Source: Acidimicrobiia bacterium (GTDB taxonomy: Bacteria > Actinomycetota > Acidimicrobiia > IMCC26256 > PALSA-610). Taken from it: a stretch of 64,000 nt of DNA. Under the pieces are notes generated by a model. The model was given only the letters and a program-made list of their open reading frames with translations. It was not told the origin of the DNA and did no database searches. The stretch lies in the NCBI GenBank assembly GCA_038239145.1, contig JBBSFB010000004.1:19563-83562 (forward strand). Direction: 5' to 3'. A program made the translations under genes and the position numbers. Shown piece by piece: positions 26,500 to 35,089 of the stretch; the first letter of the stretch is position 1, and the number at the start of each line of letters is the position of its first letter.

Positions 26500-28637
26500 T
26501 ACTCCCTGACCTCGACGAGGGTATCGGTCTCGATGCCACCTGCGGTCAGCGCGCCGTACAGGTCGGAGCCTTCGGGCGGCGCGGCGGCTTCCAGACGGGT
26601 GTCGGCCAGCAGGCTCGGCACGCGGATGTGGTTCTTGCGGGCGTACCAGCGCAACGCGCCGTCGCGCGCGTCGCCGAGCGCGGCCCCGAGACCGCCGGGC
26701 AGGATCATCAGCACCAACAACAACCCCGCGCCCGTCGACAGGAACGCCCATTCCGGCTGCACGAGGAAGTACTCGATGCCCTTGACGAAGATGGCGCCGA
26801 TCACCGCGCCACCGATCGAGCCGAGACCACCGACGACCACCATCGCGAAGACGCGCAGCCCCGCGATCGGGTCGAAGTTGTCGGCGTCGAGCGCGTGCTG
26901 CTGGAGCACGAGGAGGGCGCCGGCGATGCCCGCGAGGAAGCCGGAAACCGCAAACGCCATCACGAGGGCGCCGCGCGTGCCGACCGCGTAGGCCTGGGCC
27001 GCGCGCTCGTTGTCGCGTACCCCGATGAGGACCCGTCCGATCCGACTGCTGCGCAGACCCCGCACCATCCACAGCGACAGTGCGAAGAGCACGACGACCA
27101 ACACGTAGAAGCCGCGCTCGCCGTTGACCGCGATGACGCCGAGGACGTGGGTGCGCGGAACCCGGACCGAACCGTCGGGGACCCAACTCTTGAGCGGCGA
27201 ATACCCGACGTTGAGCAGATAGCTCGAGGTCAACAACGAGAACGCGAGTGTGGCCACCGCGAACGCGAGCCCGCGGGCCCGCAGCGTAGGGAGGCCGACG
27301 AGCACGGTCGTGAACGCGCCGACTGAGCCCGCGGCCAACAAGATGAACGCGATGTCCCAGTGGTAGCGGGTCGCGAGCGTTCCCGCGACCGCGCCGGCGA
27401 CGCCGACGAATGCCATCTGGCCCAGGCTCACCTGACCGGCCCAACCGGTGAGCACGACCAACGACAGCCCGATGATCGCGAAGATCCCGATCGTCCCGAT
27501 GAGCTTCACGTGCACCGACGAGAAGATGAACGGGATCAGCGCGAGGAAGCCCACCACGAGCGCGGCGAGCGCGGCGCGCGTCGCCCGGATCGCGGGGACA
27601 CGCCGGAGCTCGGCGGGGATGGCCTTGATCTCGCGGGTCGCCTGCCACGTGGAGGTGGCGGCGCTCGACAGCCGGTCGATCGTCTGCGTGCGCTGCAGCA
27701 GCAGCGCGATCAGGACGATTGCGGCGGGGAGCGCGGTGCCGAAGGAGATCGACGGATAGTGGTATATCGCCGCCTTCTCCACGATGCTCAGGCCGACGGC
27801 TGCGAGCACCGCCGTCGGCATCCGCTCCATGCGGGCGATGACCGCCGCGCCGAGCGCCATCAGCAACAGGCTCGGGTCGAGGGCGCGTCCGATACCGAGG
27901 CCGACGACGCCAATGCGCAGGTACATCGCGACGAACGCGAGCGCGGCTGCGAGGCCCCACACGACGCTCTGGAGGCGCCGCACAGGGATGCCGAGGAGTG
28001 AGGCCCGATCGGCGTTCTCCGCGCTGGCCTGGAGCGCGACACCCGTGGCGCTGAGCCGGAAGAAGGCGGCGAGGCCGATCAGCACGATCGGCACGACGAT
28101 GATGACGAGCACGTCGTTGCCGTCGAACACCGCGCCCGAGACGCTGAACGTCGCGTGGAAGAAGGGCGGGTACGTGCTGTCGCTCGGCTGCCCGAGCCAC
28201 GAGGGCAAGAAGAGACCGAGCGCGATCAACAAGTCGGTCACCCCGATCGTGACGACCGTGAGGATGAGCCGGGGCGCCTTGAAGAAGATCCGCAGGAACA
28301 AGAACTCGACCAGTACGCCGAGCAGGATCGCAGATCCGAAGCCGATGGCGAGCGAGAGGTAGATGTTCCAACCCAGGGACGCCCAGAGCAGGAACGCGAA
28401 GCTCGCGGGCGCGGCGCCGATGTCGGCGGCGGCGAAGTTCACGATGCGGTTCGCGCGGTAGACGATCACGAACGCGAGCGCGATGAGCCCGAGTAGCAGA
28501 CCTTGTATCGCCCCGTCGACGTAGATCCCGAGCGGCACCCTCCAACCCGGCGCCAGCTTCACCGCCGCGACCATGAGCGCGAGCGGGACCAGCGCGACGC
28601 CGGCCGACCGGAACATGACGCGCGGGTCGCGCGTCAC
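26499..28637 (-). CDS. Fused LivH-LivM-type branched-chain amino acid ABC permease
   Basis: 712 aa made of two consecutive BPD_transp_2-like halves. The first has VIVYRANRIVNFAAADIG. The second has LSLVVLTGWAGQVSLGQMAFVGVAG and VRDNERAAQAYAV. The GTG start overlaps the TetR TGA (GTGA). Confidence 0.85.
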   Translation of the reverse strand: MTRDPRVMFRSAGVALVPLALMVAAVKLAPGWRVPLGIYVDGAIQGLLLGLIALAFVIVYRANRIVNFAAADIGAAPASFAFLLWASLGWNIYLSLAIGFGSAILLGVLVEFLFLRIFFKAPRLILTVVTIGVTDLLIALGLFLPSWLGQPSDSTYPPFFHATFSVSGAVFDGNDVLVIIVVPIVLIGLAAFFRLSATGVALQASAENADRASLLGIPVRRLQSVVWGLAAALAFVAMYLRIGVVGLGIGRALDPSLLLMALGAAVIARMERMPTAVLAAVGLSIVEKAAIYHYPSISFGTALPAAIVLIALLLQRTQTIDRLSSAATSTWQATREIKAIPAELRRVPAIRATRAALAALVVGFLALIPFIFSSVHVKLIGTIGIFAIIGLSLVVLTGWAGQVSLGQMAFVGVAGAVAGTLATRYHWDIAFILLAAGSVGAFTTVLVGLPTLRARGLAFAVATLAFSLLTSSYLLNVGYSPLKSWVPDGSVRVPRTHVLGVIAVNGERGFYVLVVVLFALSLWMVRGLRSSRIGRVLIGVRDNERAAQAYAVGTRGALVMAFAVSGFLAGIAGALLVLQQHALDADNFDPIAGLRVFAMVVVGGLGSIGGAVIGAIFVKGIEYFLVQPEWAFLSTGAGLLLVLMILPGGLGAALGDARDGALRWYARKNHIRVPSLLADTRLEAAAPPEGSDLYGALTAGGIETDTLVEVRE

Positions 28638-29269
28638 TCGACCGCCGCCCGGAGGTGCAGCATGATGGAGTCGACGACGCAGCTCAGCGCGGCTTCGACG
28701 GAGAGGTCATGTCGTTCGCGCAAGGTCTGCCACGCATCGGGGCTCGTGAGCACGTCGAGCACGGCCACGGTGTGCGCCCGGTTCGGCTCGTCGAGTCGTT
28801 GCAACTCCCGGGCGAAGACGCGCTCGAGATCGGAGCGGGACAGCGCCCGCGCGTCGCGCAAGATCCGCGCGAGCGTGGGCGAGAATTCGGCGTGCAGACG
28901 GGTTGCGCGACCGACCGCGCCGGTCTTCGCGTACAGCCGCACCCGTTGGAGGGCGAGCGCATGCGCCCGTTCGCCCAAGGGCCCGGTCGAGGGTGCGGGG
29001 GTGAGCATCGGCGCGATCCGGGTGAAGTGACGATCGGCGGCGACACAGAAGAGATCTTCGAGGTCGTCGAAGTGGACGTACACGGACCGCACCGACACCT
29101 CGGCCCGTTCGGCGATCTCCTTGGCCGTCGGGCGCAAGGCTCCGTCGGCGAGCAGGTCGAGCAGGGCGTCTGCGATCGCGCCTCGGGTCTTGGTCGAGCG
29201 GGCCGTTCGCCCGTCGACCGCCCGTGTGCCTGCGGGTGTTGTCACCTCGACCGGCTGAGGCCCGTTCAC
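28634..29269 (-). CDS. TetR-family transcriptional regulator
   Basis: ORF trimmed to the GTG at 29269. The HTH segment is TRGAIADALLDLLADGALRPTAKEIAERAEVSVRSVYVHFDDLEDLF. It is the first gene of the transporter operon. Confidence 0.8.
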   Translation of the reverse strand: MNGPQPVEVTTPAGTRAVDGRTARSTKTRGAIADALLDLLADGALRPTAKEIAERAEVSVRSVYVHFDDLEDLFCVAADRHFTRIAPMLTPAPSTGPLGERAHALALQRVRLYAKTGAVGRATRLHAEFSPTLARILRDARALSRSDLERVFARELQRLDEPNRAHTVAVLDVLTSPDAWQTLRERHDLSVEAALSCVVDSIMLHLRAAVE

Positions 29270-29289
29270 GAAGGCGCAATGTACGGAAG

Positions 29290-29304
29290 GTGCACGGCCT
29301 GTGC
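29290..29304. promoter_or_regulatory. Small inverted repeat in the TetR/HelD divergent region (candidate operator)
   Basis: TGCAC-ggcct-GTGCA. An 8-bp palindrome CGTTAACG also lies at about 29387-29394. No binding data exist. Confidence 0.2.
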
Positions 29305-29404
29305 AAGATGGTGGGGCGAACGGTCGAGCAGGCGGTCGGCGAGCCGGCCACGCGGGATCGGAAAATCGGGCGGGCGCCGGAGTGCCGATCGTTAACGTTG
29401 GTGT

Positions 29405-31435
29405 ATGCCGCACCCGGACGTCTCGTTCGAACGCGCGCGCCTGGACTTCGCGCAATCGTGTCTCCGGGCCATGCGGGAACGCACCGCCGGCAAGCTCGAA
29501 AACGACGACATCCTCGCCGCCAACGAGGCCGACACCGAGGCCGTGCGCTGGCAGTTGCAGCGCCGGCTTGCGTCGCTCGACGATGACCTTGCGGTGCTGT
29601 GTTTCGGCCGGATCGACGAGGAGTCAGGCGAGCGTTGGTACGTGGGGCGCCGTCACATCGAGGACGCCGACGGCACGCCGGTGGTGGTCGACTGGCGGGC
29701 GGGCGTCGCCACCCCGTTCTACCGGGCCACGCTGGCCGACCCATTCGGGCTCGAGCGCCGCCGGCGATTCGTGTTCAGTGCACGCGAGCTCGCCGACGTC
29801 TTCGAAGAGGACTTCAGCGATCCCGACTCGCTCGCGGGTTCGGGCGGCGTGCCCGACCCGTTGCTGGCAGAGCTCGGTCGGGCCCGGACCGGCCAGATGC
29901 GCGACATCGTCGCGACGATCCAGGCGGAACAGGACGCGATCATCCGGGCGCCGATCGAGACGTGCCTCGTCGTCCAGGGCGGTCCCGGCACCGGGAAGAC
30001 CGCGGTGGGTCTGCACCGCGCTGCGTTCCTGCTCTACGAGCACCGCGCTCGACTGGCCCGGGAAGGTGTGCTCGTCGTCGGGCCGAACCCGGTGTTCCTG
30101 CGCTACATCTCCCAGGTCCTGCCGTCGCTGGGAGAAACGTCGGCGACGCAGACGACGGTCGACGGTCTGCTCTCGCTGCGCTTCCGGATCGTCGCGCACG
30201 ACCCGATCTCGGCGGCGGCGGTCAAGGGCGACGCACGGATGACGGAGGTGATCGCACGCGGGGCCGCCGACGCGATCCGGCCTCCTGTGGAAGGCGTCAC
30301 GGTCCGGTTCCGTACCCGCCAGATTGCGATCGGCGCCGACGACGTCGCCGATCTCGTCCAGGACGCGCGCCGCCGTGACGCCCCCTTCTCGACCCAACGC
30401 GAGCGCTTCCGCCAAGCGCTGGTACGACGCGCGTACGACCGGTACACCGGCGGTGTCGCGATCGAGCTCGACGAACACGACTTCGGGGTCGCGGTCCTCG
30501 CCGACGCCGAGTCGCGCAAGGCAATCGACGGCTGTTGGCGCAGCGTGAGCGCCGCCACACTCGTGCGCACGCTGCTGACCCAGCGCGCCTTCCTCGCCCG
30601 CGCCGCCGACGGTGTGTTGACCGCAGCCGAGCAGCAGCTGATCCTCCGGCCGCGGGCGGCGGCCGAGTCGTGGACCGCCGACGACCTCCCCCTGATCGAC
30701 GAAGCGGAGTCGTTCGTGAAGGGAGCACCCCGTCGATTCGGTCACGTCGTCGTCGACGAGGCCCAAGACCTCTCACCGATGCAGCTGCGCGTGCTCGCGC
30801 GCCGGGCCCGACGCCATTCGATGACCGTGCTCGGGGACCTCGCGCAGGCGACCGGCCCCGCGTCGCCCGCGACGTGGGACGCGACGCTCGCGCACCTCGG
30901 CGCGCCGGAGAACGCGCAACCGGCCGAGCTGACGATGGGCTACCGCTTGCCGGGCGCGTTCCTCGAGCTCGCGAACCGGTTACTCCCGATCGCGGCGCCG
31001 GGTGTCGTGCCGTCGCGATCTGTCCGGGCCGACGGCGATCCCGCCGACGTGCGCGAGTTCGATCCCGACGTGCTGGTCGCCTCGATCGCCGACCACGCGC
31101 TCGTGCTCGCCAAGGAGTTCGGAAGCGTCGCGGTGATCGCGGCCGACGCGCACGTCGACGAGCTCCGGCGCGCGATCGAGGACCGCGGCGTCGTGCTCGC
31201 CGAGCCCGGCGAGGTCGATCCCGATCGCCCACTCGTCGTGCTGGCGGCGCGGCTCGCCAAGGGCCTCGAGTTCGACGCGGTCGTGGTGGCGGAGCCGGCC
31301 GCGATCGTGGCCGAGGAGCCGCACGGTGTGCGGCTGTTGTTCGTGGCCCTGACGCGGGCCGTGCAACACCTCGCGTTGGCCCATGCACAACCGCTGCCCG
31401 CCGCGCTCGCCGACGAGCGGACGGACGCCGGGTGA
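29405..31435 (+). CDS. helD: HelD/HelR-type UvrD-like ATPase (RNA polymerase-associated helicase IV family)
   Basis: 676 aa with YVGRRHI, VVQGGPGTGKTAVGLHRAAFLLY, VVVDEAQDLSPMQLRVL, LTMGYRLP and GLEFDAVVV...LFVALTRAVQHL. Confidence 0.85.
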   Translation: MPHPDVSFERARLDFAQSCLRAMRERTAGKLENDDILAANEADTEAVRWQLQRRLASLDDDLAVLCFGRIDEESGERWYVGRRHIEDADGTPVVVDWRAGVATPFYRATLADPFGLERRRRFVFSARELADVFEEDFSDPDSLAGSGGVPDPLLAELGRARTGQMRDIVATIQAEQDAIIRAPIETCLVVQGGPGTGKTAVGLHRAAFLLYEHRARLAREGVLVVGPNPVFLRYISQVLPSLGETSATQTTVDGLLSLRFRIVAHDPISAAAVKGDARMTEVIARGAADAIRPPVEGVTVRFRTRQIAIGADDVADLVQDARRRDAPFSTQRERFRQALVRRAYDRYTGGVAIELDEHDFGVAVLADAESRKAIDGCWRSVSAATLVRTLLTQRAFLARAADGVLTAAEQQLILRPRAAAESWTADDLPLIDEAESFVKGAPRRFGHVVVDEAQDLSPMQLRVLARRARRHSMTVLGDLAQATGPASPATWDATLAHLGAPENAQPAELTMGYRLPGAFLELANRLLPIAAPGVVPSRSVRADGDPADVREFDPDVLVASIADHALVLAKEFGSVAVIAADAHVDELRRAIEDRGVVLAEPGEVDPDRPLVVLAARLAKGLEFDAVVVAEPAAIVAEEPHGVRLLFVALTRAVQHLALAHAQPLPAALADERTDAG

Positions 31436-31462
31436 GCCGAGACCGGCCTAGGCTTCACCACG

Positions 31463-32137
31463 ATGGGCGAGTCTGCGCCGGTACACATCACGACCCGCTC
31501 CGGAAAGGTGCGGGTCGTTGCCGTTCCCGGCTGTGAGCTCTCGGTCGTAGGCGGCACGATCGAGCTCCACGACGACGGCAGCGTGCACATCCGGCGGGAG
31601 AGTTCCTCGGACTCGATCGAGGTGCAGTGTGCGCCCGGCACCGACGTCACGGTCGGCACCTCGTCCGGGAAGGTCGATCTCGCCGGCCGGCTCGGAGCGG
31701 TTCGAGTGGCGACGTCCAGCGGCCGGATCCGCATCGAGGAAGCCGACCGCATCGATGTACGCACGCACTCCGGGAACATCGATGTCGGTTGGTGCGTCGG
31801 CGCGTGCCGGATCATGACCAAGAGCTCGGGCGTCCACGTCCGCCGAGCGGGTAGGGCGACCGTGGCTGCGGTCTCGGGCATCGTGTTGCTGGAGGAGGTC
31901 GGCGGGGCCGAGGTAAAGGCGGTCAGCGGGAAGGTCCTGATCGGCGCGACCGGTGACCAACGCGTCTCGGTGCACAGTGTCTCGGGCAAGGTCGAGATCA
32001 AGGTTCCCGCGTCGGCGCGGCCGTCGACCCGCCTGCGCTCCATGAGCGGCCGCATCGTGAACGATCTCGAACCCGGCGACCAGTTCGAGATCTCGGTCAA
32101 GAGCATCACCGGTGCGATCCGGGTGTCGAGCGCCTGA
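31463..32137 (+). CDS. DUF4097-like beta-helical repeat protein
   Basis: 224 aa with a recurrent S/T-S-G-(K/R/N)-(V/I) motif: TRSGKVRV, TSSGKVDL, TSSGRIRI, THSGNIDV, AVSGKVLI, SVSGKVEI, SMSGRIVN, SITGAIRV. Confidence 0.7.
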   Translation: MGESAPVHITTRSGKVRVVAVPGCELSVVGGTIELHDDGSVHIRRESSSDSIEVQCAPGTDVTVGTSSGKVDLAGRLGAVRVATSSGRIRIEEADRIDVRTHSGNIDVGWCVGACRIMTKSSGVHVRRAGRATVAAVSGIVLLEEVGGAEVKAVSGKVLIGATGDQRVSVHSVSGKVEIKVPASARPSTRLRSMSGRIVNDLEPGDQFEISVKSITGAIRVSSA

Positions 32138-32739
32138 TGGCCGAGCATGGCGCGATCGTCTTCACCGACATCGTCGGGTTCACCGCGCTGACCGAGATGC
32201 ACGGCGACGACGCGGCCCTCGCGTTGCTCGAACGCCAAGAGCAGATGGTACGGGCCGCGCTGCCGGTCGGGGCGCGCGTGGTCAAGGAGCTGGGCGACGG
32301 GCTCCTGCTCTGGTTCGACGATCCGCGCGACGCGATCGACACGTGTCTGCGCCTGCAGCGTGAGTTCGACGCGACCAACGAAGCGATCGACGCGGCCGAC
32401 GATTCCGTCGCGAACATGCGCGACGGAGCGGTTGCCGGCGACATACCCCTTTGGGTGCGCATGGGAGTGCACTGGGGATGTCCACGGCGGCGGGGCGACG
32501 ACATTGTCGGCCGCGACGTCAACCTCGCGGCTCGCATCGTCGATCTCGCCGGCCCCGGCGAGGTCTTGTGCTCGGAAGCGACCGCCGACGTCATCGGGCC
32601 GCGCCCGGGCGTCGGGTTCGAGCCGCTCGGTCCCGTCTTCGTGCGCGGGATCACCGAGCCGGTCCCGATTGTGCGGGTGCTCACCGCCGCCGACGTCGAT
32701 TGCGCCTCCGTGTCGGTTCGGGTCGAGGGCCCGACGTAG
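32137..32739 (+). CDS. Class III adenylate/guanylate cyclase, catalytic domain only
   Basis: 200 aa with IVFTDIVGFTALTE (metal Asp), ELGDGLLLWF, RMGVHWG and GRDVNLAARI. The ATG overlaps the upstream TGA by 1 nt. Confidence 0.85.
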   Translation: MAEHGAIVFTDIVGFTALTEMHGDDAALALLERQEQMVRAALPVGARVVKELGDGLLLWFDDPRDAIDTCLRLQREFDATNEAIDAADDSVANMRDGAVAGDIPLWVRMGVHWGCPRRRGDDIVGRDVNLAARIVDLAGPGEVLCSEATADVIGPRPGVGFEPLGPVFVRGITEPVPIVRVLTAADVDCASVSVRVEGPT

Positions 32740-32752
32740 AGGGGTCCGGGCG

Positions 32753-33652
32753 TCAGAGATAGAGGCGGTCGGTGATCTCGGGCCGTTCCGGCGGACCGGG
32801 CGGTGACGGCACGGGGCCGGTGTAGCCGGGCGGTCGCTCGGGACCGGAGCGGCCCATCCGAGTGGCGCGGTGCGGCCACACCAGTGCGCCGACGAACACC
32901 GCGAGCCCCGAGACGATGAGCGCGACAGCCGACGGCAGCACGCGATCGCCGTAGACACGCAGCAATGCCGCCGCGATCTGGGGCGGGTCGCCCGGCGCGT
33001 GGGCGAGGACGCGGGGGGAAACCACGAGCGCGACGATCGGACCGGTGCCGAGGTACGCCATGCGCCGGCCGACGCGCCCGACCGTGCGCCGGTCGTGCCG
33101 CAGCAGGAGCGCGGCGGCGATCAGCAGCAGCGCGGCCGTGATCGCGAGGAGCATGGCGGTGTTCGCCGTCGGCCGGGCGTCATGGACGTGTGGAAGGTCC
33201 TTCGACGAGATGCTCACGTCGAGCGGGGGCGCCCGCAGTATCTGGGCCGCGAGGTGCGGGTCGGACGGCGCGATCTCGTCGTGCAGCGCGTTCGTCAATG
33301 CCCGTCCGTCGATCGTGAACGTCTGCGCGTTGCTGTCGGACAGGACCGCCTGATGGATCTGGGCGACGGTGTCGGCGAACGCGGCCTCGACTCTTGGGTC
33401 GCGCAGGGCCCGGTCGAGCGCGGGACCGACCCGGGGATCGCTCGCGATCGCGGGGAGCTGTTGGGCGATCTCGTTCTTCAGCTGGTCGGCCAGGCTCTTG
33501 CGGACCGCCGGCGCGTCGAGGAGCGCGTGGGCGGCGGCCCGGGTGGCCTCCGGATTGAACGCCACGTGCGACACGATCCACGCGTCGTATCCAATCCACG
33601 CCGCGAGGAATCCGACAACGAGCAGTAGGCGTGCGCCGAGGTTGGATCCCAT
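32753..33652 (-). CDS. Hypothetical membrane protein
   Basis: 299 aa with an N-terminal TM (LLLVVGFLAAWIGY), two or three further spans and a Pro-rich C-terminus. No family recognised. Confidence 0.6.
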   Translation of the reverse strand: MGSNLGARLLLVVGFLAAWIGYDAWIVSHVAFNPEATRAAAHALLDAPAVRKSLADQLKNEIAQQLPAIASDPRVGPALDRALRDPRVEAAFADTVAQIHQAVLSDSNAQTFTIDGRALTNALHDEIAPSDPHLAAQILRAPPLDVSISSKDLPHVHDARPTANTAMLLAITAALLLIAAALLLRHDRRTVGRVGRRMAYLGTGPIVALVVSPRVLAHAPGDPPQIAAALLRVYGDRVLPSAVALIVSGLAVFVGALVWPHRATRMGRSGPERPPGYTGPVPSPPGPPERPEITDRLYL

Positions 33653-33710
33653 CAGTGCCTTGTCGGCGCGCGTGCGACCCGGATCAAGGTCCCGAGGCTA
33701 CGCGTACGGC

Positions 33711-34493
33711 TCAGCCCGCTTGTTTCGCCACGGCCGCAGCGGCCGCCAGCGCCCGTTTCGGGTCGAGGAAGCGGCCCTTGACGCCGCCGGGTCCCCTGCG
33801 TTGCACCGGCCGGAGATCGTCGTTCAGCTGGTAGACGAGCGGCTCGCCGGTCGGGAGGTTGAGCTCCACCACTTCGTCGGCGGTCAGACCGTCGAGATGC
33901 TTCACGAGGGCCCGCAGCGAGTTGCCGTGCGCGGCGACGAGCACGGTCGCACCGGTACGGAGGTCGGGCACGATCGCGTCGTACCACCAGGGGAGCATGC
34001 GCTCCAGCACGTCCTTCAGGCACTCCGAGCGCGGAAGGAGATCACGGGGCAGCGCGGCGTAGCGCTCGTCGTACCCCCAACGCTTGGCGTTCCGGGCGAC
34101 GGTGGGATCGAGATCGGGCGGCGGAACGTCGTACGAGCGGCGCCACACCTTCACCATGTCGGCGCCGAACTCGGCTGCCGTCTCCAACTTGGCCTTACCC
34201 TGCAGATCGCCGTAGTGGCGTTCGTTGAGCCGCCACGAGCGCCGGACCGGCGCCCACTTACGCGCGCACTCGTCGAGTGCGAGCTCGGATGTGCGAATCG
34301 CGCGCACTTGCAGCGACGTGTGCACGATGTCAGGCCGCACGTCGGCGGTGGCGAGGTCGCGGCCACCGCGGCGGGCTTCCTCGCGCCCCTGATCCGTGAG
34401 GTCGACGTCGACCCAACCCGTGAACAGGTTCTTGAGGTTCCACTCGCTTTGCCCGTGGCGCAACAGGACGAGGGTGTACGGCACGAGCCGCAT
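33711..34493 (-). CDS. gpmA: 2,3-bisphosphoglycerate-dependent phosphoglycerate mutase
   Basis: 260 aa with [39 protein letters not shown] and [15 protein letters not shown]. Confidence 0.9.
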   Translation of the reverse strand: MRLVPYTLVLLRHGQSEWNLKNLFTGWVDVDLTDQGREEARRGGRDLATADVRPDIVHTSLQVRAIRTSELALDECARKWAPVRRSWRLNERHYGDLQGKAKLETAAEFGADMVKVWRRSYDVPPPDLDPTVARNAKRWGYDERYAALPRDLLPRSECLKDVLERMLPWWYDAIVPDLRTGATVLVAAHGNSLRALVKHLDGLTADEVVELNLPTGEPLVYQLNDDLRPVQRRGPGGVKGRFLDPKRALAAAAAVAKQAG

Positions 34494-34546
34494 TCTGCCC
34501 GACGAGGCCGGTTCGGGCCGACCGGGTTCCTCGAGACCGGAAAGTA

Positions 34547-35080
34547 GTGTCCGCCAACCATGGATACCCGCCGATGATCGAGCTCCACGTCGTGACCTTG
34601 TGCACGGGCAACGCGGCGCGGTCCGTCATGGCCGGCGCAGTGCTGCGTGAACATGTGCCCGGGCTCAAGGTGACGACATCGGGAACGCACGTGATCGAGG
34701 GCATGCCGATGAGCTGGCGTACACGCGATGCCATCACCTCGCTCGGGCTCCCGATCCCCGACCACCGCAGCCGGCAGGCGACCGTTGCCGAGCTCGACTC
34801 CGCCGATCTCGTGATCGCTCTCGCGCGTGAACACGTGGCCTGGATGCGCCGGGTCCATCCGAGGGCCGCGCCCCGGACCGCGACGCTCAAGCGGCTCGCG
34901 CGCGATCTTCCCGGCGACGGGACTCCGCTGGCCGAACGCGTCGCGGCGATGAGGTTGGCCGAGGTCGACCTCGAACCGGACGAGGACGTGCTCGATCCCG
35001 CCGGCGGTGATCTCGATGTGTTCCTGGAGTGCGCGCAGGAGATCTCCGACCTTCTGCACGTGGTCATTCCTCGGCTGTAG
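34547..35080 (+). CDS. Low-molecular-weight protein-tyrosine phosphatase / ArsC-like (LMWPc) protein
   Basis: P-loop CTGNAARS (C-x5-R-S). The alternative ATG at 34574 ([13 protein letters not shown]) is equally plausible. Confidence 0.8.
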   Translation: MSANHGYPPMIELHVVTLCTGNAARSVMAGAVLREHVPGLKVTTSGTHVIEGMPMSWRTRDAITSLGLPIPDHRSRQATVAELDSADLVIALAREHVAWMRRVHPRAAPRTATLKRLARDLPGDGTPLAERVAAMRLAEVDLEPDEDVLDPAGGDLDVFLECAQEISDLLHVVIPRL

Positions 35081-35089
35081 GGTGCGCGC

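Noticed and set aside
26500-28545. N-terminal 682 codons of the 1706-aa ORF 23425-28545.
   Set aside because: It is in the same strand but a different frame from the convincing LivH-LivM permease. Its sequence is Arg/Pro/Gly-rich nonsense. The MFS-like protein sequence only begins at the GTG at 26499.
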